Below are positions 30,103 to 38,632 of a stretch of 64,000 nt of DNA, piece after piece. Within the stretch, counting starts at the first letter, position 1, and every line of letters begins with the position of its first letter. The notes under the pieces are model-generated. The model saw only the letters and a program-made list of their open reading frames with translations. It was not told the DNA's origin and did no database searches. A program made the translations under genes and the position numbers. Source of the DNA: an uncultured Acidobacteriota bacterium (GTDB taxonomy: Bacteria; Acidobacteriota; Vicinamibacteria; Vicinamibacterales; CAVVIG01); NCBI GenBank assembly GCA_963761615.1, contig CAVXGU010000003.1, positions 907,538-971,537 of the forward strand. The letters run 5' to 3'.

Positions 30103-30869
30103 CGCCGTCGATCGCCGTGATCTTCGCCGCCGCCTTCGGCGCGGTCGTCGGCAGCTTCCTCAACGTCTGCATCTACCGCCTGCCGATCGGCAAGTCCGTC
30201 GCGTGGCCCGGGTCGGCGTGCCCGCATTGCGGCCGTGCGCTGTCGTGGTACGAGAACGTCCCCGTCGTGAGCTACCTCGTGCTCCGCGGCCGGTGCCGCA
30301 CGTGCCGCGCGCCGATCGCCGCCCGCTATCCCGTGGTCGAAGCGCTCACGGCCGTGATGTTCGCGTTCGCCTGGACGTACTTCGGCCCCGGGCCGATCCT
30401 GGTCTCGCGCCTGCTGCTCGGCTGCGCCCTCATCGTGCTGTTCGCGATCGACCTCGAGCACCACCTCCTGCCCAACGCGGTCACCCTGCCGGGCATCGTG
30501 GCGGGATTCGTCCTCAGCTTCGTCGCGGCGCCCGGCTGGGTGGACTCCCTCATCGGCATCGCGGTCGGCGGCGGGATCCTCTACGCGATGGCTGCGGCCT
30601 ATTTCTGGTGGCGCAAGGAAGAGGGGCTGGGGATGGGCGACGTCAAGATGCTGGCGATGATCGGCGCCTTTCTCGGGTGGAAGCTGACGCTGATGACGCT
30701 CCTGCTCGCGTCGCTCTCGGGATCGGTCATCGGGCTGGCGCTCATCGTGACCCGGCGCGGAAATCTGAAGTACGCGCTGCCGTTCGGCACGTTCCTCGCC
30801 ATCGGCGCGGGCTTCGCCGCCACGGTCGGTCCGCAGCTGCTGTCGTGGTACGTCGGACAGTGGCGCTGA
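30099..30869 (+). CDS. pilD: Prepilin peptidase/N-methyltransferase
   Basis: GSFLNVCIYRLP, CPHC...CRTC, IDLEH, GMGDVK and LPFGTFL. Confidence 0.96.
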   Translation: MTPSIAVIFAAAFGAVVGSFLNVCIYRLPIGKSVAWPGSACPHCGRALSWYENVPVVSYLVLRGRCRTCRAPIAARYPVVEALTAVMFAFAWTYFGPGPILVSRLLLGCALIVLFAIDLEHHLLPNAVTLPGIVAGFVLSFVAAPGWVDSLIGIAVGGGILYAMAAAYFWWRKEEGLGMGDVKMLAMIGAFLGWKLTLMTLLLASLSGSVIGLALIVTRRGNLKYALPFGTFLAIGAGFAATVGPQLLSWYVGQWR

Positions 30870-30870
30870 C

Positions 30871-32143
30871 ATGCACCTGACGCCCGGCGCCTACGCGCTG
30901 CTGGGACTGACCGCCCTCGTGGCCGGGCTCGTCGCGGTCGTGGTCTTCGCCGTGCTGCGGCTCGGCGCGTCCGCCCGGGACAGCCGCCGCCGCCTCCGCG
31001 AATCCGGCGCCCAGACGGCGATGCTCGCCTCCGCCCTCCAGGAGGCGATCACCAAGCTGCGCGCGCAGGAGCGCGCCACCGCGGCGCGCGCCGATGCCTC
31101 CGAGCGGCTGAGCGCGGAGATCCTGTCCAGCCTGACGTCGGGGCTGCTGGTCGTCGGCCAGGACGGCGACGTGCGGGTGCTGAATCCCGCCGGCCGCCGA
31201 GATCCTCGGCCTGCCGGAGCAGGCCTCCCCCGACATGTATCGCTCCGCGTCCAGCGCGCTCGACCTCTGGCCGCTCGTCGAGGAGTGTCTCACGTCGGGC
31301 GCCGTCATCCGGCGGCGGACGGTCCAGCGTCCTGAGCCCGGCGGCGGCAGCAAGCACTTCGGCGTCACCGTGTCGCCGCTCGCCGACGAGCAGGGCGCGC
31401 GGCGCGGCGCGATCTGCCTGTTCACGGATCTGACCGCGGTCATGGAGCTCGAACAGCAGCTGCGCCTGAAGGAGAGCCTGGCCGCCGTCGGCGAGATGAC
31501 CGCCGGCATCGCGCACGAGTTCCGCAACGGCCTCGCGACCATTCACGGCTACAGCCGCCTGATCGAGCTGGACCGCCTGCCGGAGACCTATCGTCCCTAC
31601 ATCGAGGCCATCCGGCAGGAGACCGACTCGCTCGGACGCATCGTGACCAACTTCCTGAACTTCGCCAGACCGCCGCAGCTGAGCCTGGGACGGGTCGACC
31701 TGGGCGCCGTCTGCGAGCGCGTCGTCGAGGAAGTGTGCGGCGAGGCGGGCGCCCCGGGAGCCGGCGTCGAGACGCGCGGCCACTTCGGCGCCGTCGAAGG
31801 CGACGAGGTCATGCTGCGCCAGGCCCTGAGCAACCTGATTCGCAACGCCGTGGAGGCCTGCGGACACGCCGGCGTGGTCCCGTGCGTTGTGGTGGAAGGC
31901 GAGGTGGATCCCCGCCTCGGGGTCTCGCGCATTACCGTGAGCGACAACGGCCCGGGTATCGATCCGGCGGCCCGCGAGCAGATCTTCCAGCCGTTCGTGA
32001 CGACGAAGCGCAACGGGACCGGACTGGGCCTGGCCCTCGTGCAGCGGATCGTCGTCAACCACAACGGACGGATCAGCGCGGGCGAGTCGGCGCAGGGCGG
32101 GGCCAGCTTCCTGGTCACCTTGCCGCTCGCGCCCGCGGACTGA
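30871..32143 (+). pseudogene. Second PAS histidine kinase (PilS2-like), frameshifted as assembled (+1 near 31198-31200)
   Basis: Single TM plus start of PAS (LNPAGR) in one frame; ILGLP...AHEFRNGL...NLIRNAVEA...GTGLGL in the next. Confidence 0.82.
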
Positions 32144-32252
32144 TCCTTTTTTCGCCCGCCCCCTTGCCGCAACGCGGGCAATCCGCGACCCTTCCGCCGG
32201 CGCCCTTCCCGCGCCAGAGCGATTTGGCTGGCAGATTCGAGAGAACCGCGGC

Positions 32253-32268
32253 CGGCACCTGCGTTGCA
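32253..32268 (+). promoter_or_regulatory. sigma-54 promoter of minor-pilin cassette 1
   Basis: CGGCAC-CTGCG-TTGCA, 20 nt before ATG 32288; upstream palindrome TTGCC-N8-GGCAA at 32164-32181. Confidence 0.75.
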
Positions 32269-32287
32269 CCGGATGCCGCGCGGGAAC

Positions 32288-32752
32288 ATGCCGCGCACGT
32301 CACGGATCGACGCCGCACGCGGGTTTTCGCTCGTCGAGGTTCTCGTCGCGATGGGCATCCTCATCACAGCCGTCGGCGCCCTCGCTCAGGTGTCGGTCTT
32401 GGCTGGCGTCACCGGGACGCGCGCCAGGCGCACCACGCTGCTGGCGCTGGCCGCCAGACAGAAGCTCGAGGAGCTCCGGGCGCGCCCCTGGGACGCCGAC
32501 GACCTGCAGCCGTCCTCGCCGGACACGGTATCGCACGACACGAGCGGCTACGTCGAGTACCTGGACGAGAGCCTCCGGACGCTGGGCGGTGGGTCCCCGA
32601 TCCCCGAAGGTGCGGCGATTGCGTGCCGCTGGTCCATCGTCCCGCTCGACCGCAGTCCTGGCCGCACCGTGGTCATCCACGTCGCGGCAGTGTCGGTGGA
32701 CGGCGGGGGCGCGGTGCACCTGGTGTCCATCCGGACGGATCGGGTGGATTGA
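32288..32752 (+). CDS. Minor pilin, PilV-like (cassette 1)
   Basis: G|FSLVEVLVAMGIL; ARQKLEELRA helix. Confidence 0.85.
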   Translation: MPRTSRIDAARGFSLVEVLVAMGILITAVGALAQVSVLAGVTGTRARRTTLLALAARQKLEELRARPWDADDLQPSSPDTVSHDTSGYVEYLDESLRTLGGGSPIPEGAAIACRWSIVPLDRSPGRTVVIHVAAVSVDGGGAVHLVSIRTDRVD

Positions 32753-33913
32753 GTGGCCCGCGGGTTCTCGCTGGTCGAGGCGGTGATCGCGATGGGCCTC
32801 ACGCTGGCCATCGCCGGCGCTCTCGCCGCCCTCGTCGAGCCTGCGCGGGCACGGTTCGCGGCGGATCTCGAGCGCGAAGACGCCGAGCAGCGCGCGCGAA
32901 GCGCGGCCGACACGCTGTATCGAGACCTCGTGGCGGCCGGCGCCGGATCGTACGCGGGCGCCGGTGCCGGTCCGCTCGTGCAGTTCTTCCCGCCGGTGCG
33001 GCCCGGCTGGCCGGACGCCGGCGATGACGCCGTCGCCCCGGGTGTGCTCACGCTGACGTACGTGCCCACGACCGCTGCGCAAACGACCATCGCCCAGTCG
33101 CTGCCGGCGCGGTCGGGGGTCGTGCGGATCAACCTCGACCCGGGATGCCCGCTGGACGATGGGGCGTGCGGCTTCGCCGTCGGTGACGCCGTCCTGGTGT
33201 ACGACCGGACCGGCGCGCACAATCGGTTCGCCGTGGCCGCGGTCGCCGGGCCGGTGCTCCATCTGGAGCATCTCTCGCCGGACGCCCCGACGGTCTACGC
33301 GACCGGTTCGAAGATCACCGCGGTCGTCCAGCGGTCCTACTTCCTCGATCGGGACGCCTCGGGTGCCGCACGCCTCATGCGCCAGGGGGACGGGCCGGCC
33401 GAGCCTGTCGTGGATCACGTGGTGGCGATGTCGTTCGAATACGACGGCGACCCCCGTCCCCCGGCGCTTCTCGACCCGGACCAGGACCGCGCGGCGCCCT
33501 GGAGCCGGTCGACGACCTATGGCCCTGGACCACCCCCTGCGGGTGTCGCATGGACGGCCTACCCGCCGGGGGAGAGCTGCACGTTCGGCACGGGCCCCGG
33601 CGGCCTTCCCGTGTCCCGCCTCGACGCACTCACGCCGGACGCTGGCGGGCTCGTCCGGCTCGATCCCTCGGCGTTCGTCGACGGGCCGTGGTGTCCGGAT
33701 CCCGCAAGCCCGTCACGGTTCGATGCCGACCTTCTGCGGATTCGGTCGATCGCAATCACCATCCGCGTCGAGTCGGCCGACGACAGCCTGCGCGGGCCGG
33801 CGGGTCCCCTGTTCAGCCGCGGCGGCACGGCGACCACCGCGGCCGGGCTGGTGCCCGACCTGACCGTGCGTTTCGTCGTGAGCCCTCGCAATCTCGCCGC
33901 CGGGGGCTTGTAG
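32753..33913 (+). CDS. Minor pilin, PilW-like (cassette 1)
   Basis: G|FSLVEAVIAM; large globular domain; C-terminal VSPRNL. Confidence 0.85.
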   Translation: MARGFSLVEAVIAMGLTLAIAGALAALVEPARARFAADLEREDAEQRARSAADTLYRDLVAAGAGSYAGAGAGPLVQFFPPVRPGWPDAGDDAVAPGVLTLTYVPTTAAQTTIAQSLPARSGVVRINLDPGCPLDDGACGFAVGDAVLVYDRTGAHNRFAVAAVAGPVLHLEHLSPDAPTVYATGSKITAVVQRSYFLDRDASGAARLMRQGDGPAEPVVDHVVAMSFEYDGDPRPPALLDPDQDRAAPWSRSTTYGPGPPPAGVAWTAYPPGESCTFGTGPGGLPVSRLDALTPDAGGLVRLDPSAFVDGPWCPDPASPSRFDADLLRIRSIAITIRVESADDSLRGPAGPLFSRGGTATTAAGLVPDLTVRFVVSPRNLAAGGL

Positions 33914-34587
33914 TGTCCCTCGGCGACGACCGGGGCGCTGCCGTGCTCATGGTGCTCCTGGCCGCGCTGCTCATGGGCGCGGTCGGAGCGGGGCTGGTGC
34001 TGTCGTCGTCCACCGACGCGGCAATCGCCGGCAATCTCGTCCGTCGAGAGCAGGCGAGAGGAGCCGCCGAGGCGGTGTTGAACGCCTCGCTCGCGGAGCT
34101 GTCCGGTCAGGACTGGGGCGGCATCCTGAGCGGGGCCGAGCGTTCGTCGCTCGCCGACGGCGCGCCGTTCGGCACACGCCTTCTCGACGACGGGACGGCG
34201 CTCGTGCTGGACGAGGTGGTCAATCTCGCGAATTGCGGCACGCGGCGACCCTGCGGCGCGGCTCGCCTGTCGGCCGTGACGGCGGCCAGGCCGTGGGGCG
34301 CCAACAACCCGGTCTGGCAGTTGTACGCCTACGCTCCGCTGTCAGCCCTGGCGCCAGGGCGGGAGGTGCCGCCGTTCTACGTCGTCGCACTCGTGGCCGA
34401 CGATCAGTCCGAGACCGACTCCGATCCCTTCTCCGACGGTGTCGGCGCCGCCAATCCCGGCGCGGGCATTCTCGCCCTTCGGGCCGAGGCGTTCGGCAGC
34501 CGTGGGGCGCACGGCCTCATCACGGCGGCCGTGGCGCGTGCGAGCGCCTCCAGCCTGCGCCTCCTCTCCTGGCGCCTCGCCGACTAG
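33913..34587 (+). CDS. Minor pilin, PilX-like, short form (cassette 1)
   Basis: GTG 33913 overlaps the TAG; G|AAVLMVLL lacks E5; ARGAAEA; C-terminal LLSWR. Confidence 0.82.
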   Translation: MSLGDDRGAAVLMVLLAALLMGAVGAGLVLSSSTDAAIAGNLVRREQARGAAEAVLNASLAELSGQDWGGILSGAERSSLADGAPFGTRLLDDGTALVLDEVVNLANCGTRRPCGAARLSAVTAARPWGANNPVWQLYAYAPLSALAPGREVPPFYVVALVADDQSETDSDPFSDGVGAANPGAGILALRAEAFGSRGAHGLITAAVARASASSLRLLSWRLAD

Positions 34588-34604
34588 ACCGGTTTTCGTT
34601 TCGC

Positions 34605-34663
34605 TGTGGCGGCCGACCTTCAGGTCGGCTTCGCATTGGCGGACCTGAAGGTCCGCCGCGACA
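34605..34663. repeat. REP doublet (REPIN-like inverted pair)
   Basis: TGTGGCGGCCGACCTTCAGGTCGGC and its near reverse complement GGCGGACCTGAAGGTCCGCCGCGACA; each is internally palindromic. Confidence 0.75.
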
Positions 34664-34759
34664 CCGATCTCGGGGCGACACCGATCTCGAAAACGCTGCA
34701 GCCCGTCCCTTGTGGACGATCGACCGACGAACCCATCTCTCTTGTAGACGATCGACCGA
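34658..34759. repeat. Two pairs of short direct repeats
   Basis: GCGACACCGATCTCG at 34658 and 34675; CTTGT(G/A)GACGATCGACCGA at 34709 and 34741. Confidence 0.8.
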
Positions 34760-34773
34760 AAAGATCTACCAGA

Positions 34774-34810
34774 ACTGTCAGGACTTGTCCCGAAACCGGA
34801 CACTGACAGT
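34774..34810. promoter_or_regulatory. Putative PilR enhancer of cassette 2
   Basis: TGTC-N9-GACA (34786-34802) flanked by ACTGTCAG/CTGACAGT; same geometry as at pilA. Confidence 0.65.
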
Positions 34811-34897
34811 CGGGCCGACCGCGCCCAAGCCGCCGATGAGCGGCTGTCATCTCACTCGGGAACAAGGACTTATGTGCCGATTGCCGGGACCAGACGG

Positions 34898-34913
34898 TGG
34901 CAGTTCGATTGCT
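34898..34913 (+). promoter_or_regulatory. sigma-54 promoter of minor-pilin cassette 2
   Basis: TGGCAG-TTCGA-TTGCT, 15 nt before ATG 34929. Confidence 0.78.
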
Positions 34914-34928
34914 CAGACACTGGGTGGC

Positions 34929-35537
34929 ATGAGAAGCCATCCGCCCTCGACCCGCCCGGTGGCCCGGGGTTTCACCCTGGTCGAACTCCTCGTCGTGGTC
35001 GCCATTTTCGCCGTCGTCACCGTGATGGCGCTGCCGATGACCGGCAATGCCATGGCGAGCTTCCGCCTGAGCGGCGATGCCCGGAACGTGTCGAACGCAA
35101 TCGCCGTCGTCAAGATGCGCGCGGCGTCGACCTTCAGCCGCGCCCGGCTGTTCGTCGACCTCAGCGACAACAGCTATCACGTCGAGACGTGGGACAAGAC
35201 GGCCTCCGACTGGGTGGCGGAGGGCGGGACGTCGTCGCTCTCCTCGGGTGTGTCATTTGGCTTTGCGTCGGCGACAGTGGCGCCGCCGAACACGCAGGGC
35301 ACGATCGGGCAGGCGCCCGCGTGCACGGACAAGGACGGCAACGCGGTCGGCAACACCGCCTGCATCATGTTCAACTCGCGTGGGGTTCCGGTGGATGCAA
35401 CGCTGGCCCCGACGGCGAGCGACGCGATCTATCTGACCAACGGCACCAGCATCTACGGGGTGACCGTTGCCGCGACGGGGATGATGCGCACGTGGAATGC
35501 GGTGCCTGCCGCGACACCGAACTGGGTGACGGGCTGA
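34929..35537 (+). CDS. Minor pilin, FimU/GspH-like (cassette 2)
   Basis: MRSHPPSTRPVARG|FTLVELLVVVAIF; IMFNSRGVP; VTVAATG. Confidence 0.88.
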   Translation: MRSHPPSTRPVARGFTLVELLVVVAIFAVVTVMALPMTGNAMASFRLSGDARNVSNAIAVVKMRAASTFSRARLFVDLSDNSYHVETWDKTASDWVAEGGTSSLSSGVSFGFASATVAPPNTQGTIGQAPACTDKDGNAVGNTACIMFNSRGVPVDATLAPTASDAIYLTNGTSIYGVTVAATGMMRTWNAVPAATPNWVTG

Positions 35538-36043
35538 TGGCGTCTCTCAAATCCGAGTCCGGCGTCACGCTCATCGAGACCGCGATCGCGGGAGCGATCC
35601 TGATCGTCGTCCTGGCCGGTCTCCTGTCGATGACGAGCCTGGCGACGACGTACACGGAGAACCACGGACACCTCGAGGCCCGCACGACGGAGTACGCGCA
35701 GGACAAGATGGAGCAGCTCCTGGCGCTCGCCTACACCGACGCCCAGAGCGACACGGTCGTGTTTCCCGTCGGGAGCAGCGGCGGCACCGGTCTCGCCCTT
35801 GGCGGAAGCGACGATCCAGCCGCCCCGGCATCCGGCTACGTGGACTGGCTCGCTCAGGACGGCAGCCTGCTGGGCGGCGGCACGGCGGCGCCAGACGGCT
35901 GGTTCTACGAACGCGTCTGGCTCGTGTCGAGCCCGTCATCCGGAGTGAAGCAGATCTCGGTGACCGCGACAGTCCGATCATCCGTAGGGAACACCTTGAT
36001 TCCGCGATCCACGGTCGTGGCCCTGAAGGCCGCCCAATTCTAG
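35537..36043 (+). CDS. Minor pilin, PilV-like (cassette 2)
   Basis: ATG overlaps the TGA; G|VTLIETAIAG; AQDKMEQLLA. Confidence 0.87.
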   Translation: MASLKSESGVTLIETAIAGAILIVVLAGLLSMTSLATTYTENHGHLEARTTEYAQDKMEQLLALAYTDAQSDTVVFPVGSSGGTGLALGGSDDPAAPASGYVDWLAQDGSLLGGGTAAPDGWFYERVWLVSSPSSGVKQISVTATVRSSVGNTLIPRSTVVALKAAQF

Positions 36044-36047
36044 GACC

Positions 36048-37034
36048 ATGCAGCCTGCCCCTTCGCATCCAGAGTCCGGCTTCTCCCTGATCGAGCTGCT
36101 CGTGGCCGTCGGCGTCCTGATGCTCATCACCGGCATCGTCACCGGGGCGCTGATGCAAATGACGCAGGCACAGGCCACCATCTGGAACCGCACCGAGATG
36201 CACAGCGGCATCCGCGGCGCCACCGAGCTCCTGCAGCAGGAAGTCGGGCAGGCCGGGCGCATCGCGGTTCCCGATCCGATCACGCTGTCCTCGGCCGTGA
36301 CGGCGGCGGCGTCGTGCGATTCCGGAACGCCCACGCTCAATGCGACGACGGTGGCGGTGAGCTCGGTGCAGGGGTTGTACGCGTCGTCATCGCCACCCGC
36401 CTACGAGCTGCTGACGACCATGGACGGCGACTCGACCGAGACGATCAAGGTGGCGTCGTTCAGCCCGGCGGACAGCACGATTACGGCCTGCTTCGAGAAC
36501 GCGCACGCGGCAGGTACGCTGCTGAGTCCGATGGGGAGCTTCGCGGACGGCGTGATTCCCCCGACGGGCGTCGTGAACGGGTCCTCGGGAAGCGTCCTCA
36601 AAATGTTCGGCGACATCAACGGCGACGGCAACATGGTGTACGTCGAGTACACGTGCGACACGGTCGCGCATAAGCTGTACCGGAACGTCATGGCGTTCGA
36701 TGCGGCGTCGAAGCCGGCGGTCACCAACTCGCAGATCCTACTCGCCAACGTCGAGCCCAACCCCGACGGAGCCCCGTGCTTCACCTACGAGACCACGAGC
36801 ATGCTCGTGCAAGGCACGCCGTTCACGTTCGTGCTTGACGTGGCGATCACGCTCACCGTTCAGACCGAACAGGTCGATCCGGTGACTCACGACTACCAGC
36901 AGGAGACCAAGGCCCTGTTGAACGTCTCCCCCAGGAACGTGTTCAACGCGTGGATGCTGGCGAGTATCGGGTACACCGATCGGATTCAATCCACGCCCTC
37001 GACGGTGACGGCGCTTCTGCCGCCGCTGTCCTGA
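36048..37034 (+). CDS. Minor pilin, PilW-like (cassette 2)
   Basis: G|FSLIELLVAV; LLQQEVGQAG; GDINGDG; NVSPRNV. Confidence 0.87.
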   Translation: MQPAPSHPESGFSLIELLVAVGVLMLITGIVTGALMQMTQAQATIWNRTEMHSGIRGATELLQQEVGQAGRIAVPDPITLSSAVTAAASCDSGTPTLNATTVAVSSVQGLYASSSPPAYELLTTMDGDSTETIKVASFSPADSTITACFENAHAAGTLLSPMGSFADGVIPPTGVVNGSSGSVLKMFGDINGDGNMVYVEYTCDTVAHKLYRNVMAFDAASKPAVTNSQILLANVEPNPDGAPCFTYETTSMLVQGTPFTFVLDVAITLTVQTEQVDPVTHDYQQETKALLNVSPRNVFNAWMLASIGYTDRIQSTPSTVTALLPPLS

Positions 37035-37046
37035 CCGGAGTCCACC

Positions 37047-38621
37047 ATGCGACCCAGGCCCGAACGCGGTGTGGCGTTGATCGTGACGCTGTTCCTGATG
37101 CTCGCGATCTCGGTCGTCGGAGCGTCCCTGATGTTCCTCTCGCAGACAGAGACCTACGCGACCATGAATTACCGGATGATGTCGCAGGCTCGTTACGCCG
37201 CGGAGGCGGGCGTCCAGAAAGCGTCGAACTTCCTGTTCGACAGCAGCCAGTACGCCGTGCCCGCGCCGGGTGCGACCGACGATGTGAACGCGTACGATCG
37301 GACGGTTTCTCCGGTCCAGTACAATGGCCAGTCCGTGGTGCTGTCGGCGGATTCCAGCGTTCCCTCGAACTATCCGGTGCAGTCGGTGGCGACCGCATTC
37401 GCGGCTGCTGCAAAGGGCACCATGACCGCTGACAACGCCGCGATCGCCTACCGCAGCGTCGCCACGTTGATCTCGATGGAGAAATTCGACGCGTACGGCG
37501 GGACGGCGGGCGTCGCCCAGACCTGGTCGATTACCGGGACGGGCAGCCTGGATAGCCCGCGCAATGCGACCGTTCAGGTTACTGGAGTGGTGGAGGTGCC
37601 GAAGGTCACCGCAAACACCTACGCCGCGTTCGCGACCGCCGACACATGCGGTGCCATCTACTTCCACGGCAATACGACGATCGACAGCTACGACTCCAGA
37701 GCGGGTACGCCTTCGACGACGACCGAACAGTCCGAAGGAGACGTTGGCACGAACGGGAACCTCGAGATTCAGGGCAGCGTCGACGTGCAGGGCAATCTGT
37801 ACTCGCCCCGCACCGGAGTCGGGACCTGCGAAGAGGGTGCGGTGGTCGCCCTGACCCAGATCGGCCACGCTGACGTCCAGGGAAGCGTCGTGCAGTTGCC
37901 GACGGCCCTCACGTTCCCACCGCCCGTCTTCTCGACGCTTCCGCCGACGACTCAAGTGACCATCAACAGCACGCTGTTCGCCGGCGGGGCGTCATCGGTG
38001 TGCTCGCAGCTCGGGCTGACGCTCGGTACCAACTGCAGTGTGAACTACGGGAGCAAAACCGTCACCGTGAACGGAGGAGGCCCCGACGTGACGCTGCCCA
38101 GCGTGACGGTGGCGGGCGGCTACACACTCGTGCTCGTCGGGCACAGCCCGACGCAGACCGTGAACATCAACAGCATCAACGGTGGGGGCGCGCTCCAGGT
38201 CCAGGCCAATATGTCCGGACCCGGCAATGAAGCCGTCATGCTGAAGGTTGCCGGACTGAACGCCGACGGGACGGAAATGGCCGCACCGATCGACCTTTCG
38301 ACGATGGCCTGGAAGCAGAACAGCACGGTCCCGCAGAGCTACTACGACGCGGCGGCCTTTCAGATCGCGTACGGAGGACACGGAACGCTGTACATGACCG
38401 GCAATAGCCAGTCCGCGGGGATGGTCTACGCGCCGAATGCGGAGTTTCATCTGCAGGGCACGGCGGACTACTACGGATCAGTGCTGGCGCACACGATCAT
38501 CAACGGCGGCGACGCCGACATTCACTACGATCGGCGCCTGTCGAGCGAGTTCTACGTCGTCGGGCACCCGATGATGGAGAGCTTCTCCTGGACTCGGGTA
38601 CTGACGTTTCACTTGCCGTAG
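37047..38621 (+). CDS. PilX-like minor pilin with a large C-terminal beta-rich putative adhesin domain (cassette 2)
   Basis: G|VALIVTL lacks E5; ARYAAEAGVQ; Gly/Thr/Asn-rich beta-solenoid-like C-terminus (GMVYAPNAEFHLQG..YYGSVLA..IHYDRRL). Confidence 0.85.
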   Translation: MRPRPERGVALIVTLFLMLAISVVGASLMFLSQTETYATMNYRMMSQARYAAEAGVQKASNFLFDSSQYAVPAPGATDDVNAYDRTVSPVQYNGQSVVLSADSSVPSNYPVQSVATAFAAAAKGTMTADNAAIAYRSVATLISMEKFDAYGGTAGVAQTWSITGTGSLDSPRNATVQVTGVVEVPKVTANTYAAFATADTCGAIYFHGNTTIDSYDSRAGTPSTTTEQSEGDVGTNGNLEIQGSVDVQGNLYSPRTGVGTCEEGAVVALTQIGHADVQGSVVQLPTALTFPPPVFSTLPPTTQVTINSTLFAGGASSVCSQLGLTLGTNCSVNYGSKTVTVNGGGPDVTLPSVTVAGGYTLVLVGHSPTQTVNINSINGGGALQVQANMSGPGNEAVMLKVAGLNADGTEMAAPIDLSTMAWKQNSTVPQSYYDAAAFQIAYGGHGTLYMTGNSQSAGMVYAPNAEFHLQGTADYYGSVLAHTIINGGDADIHYDRRLSSEFYVVGHPMMESFSWTRVLTFHLP

Positions 38622-38632
38622 AATCCGGACCT

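Noticed and set aside
34658-34759. Direct repeats as a mini CRISPR array
   Set aside because: Two different repeat pairs with spacers of 2 and 13 bp, and no cas genes
32288-37100. Shufflon or DGR-type variation among minor pilins
   Set aside because: Similar DNA is limited to prepilin motifs; no recombinase, reverse transcriptase or long repeat pair seen
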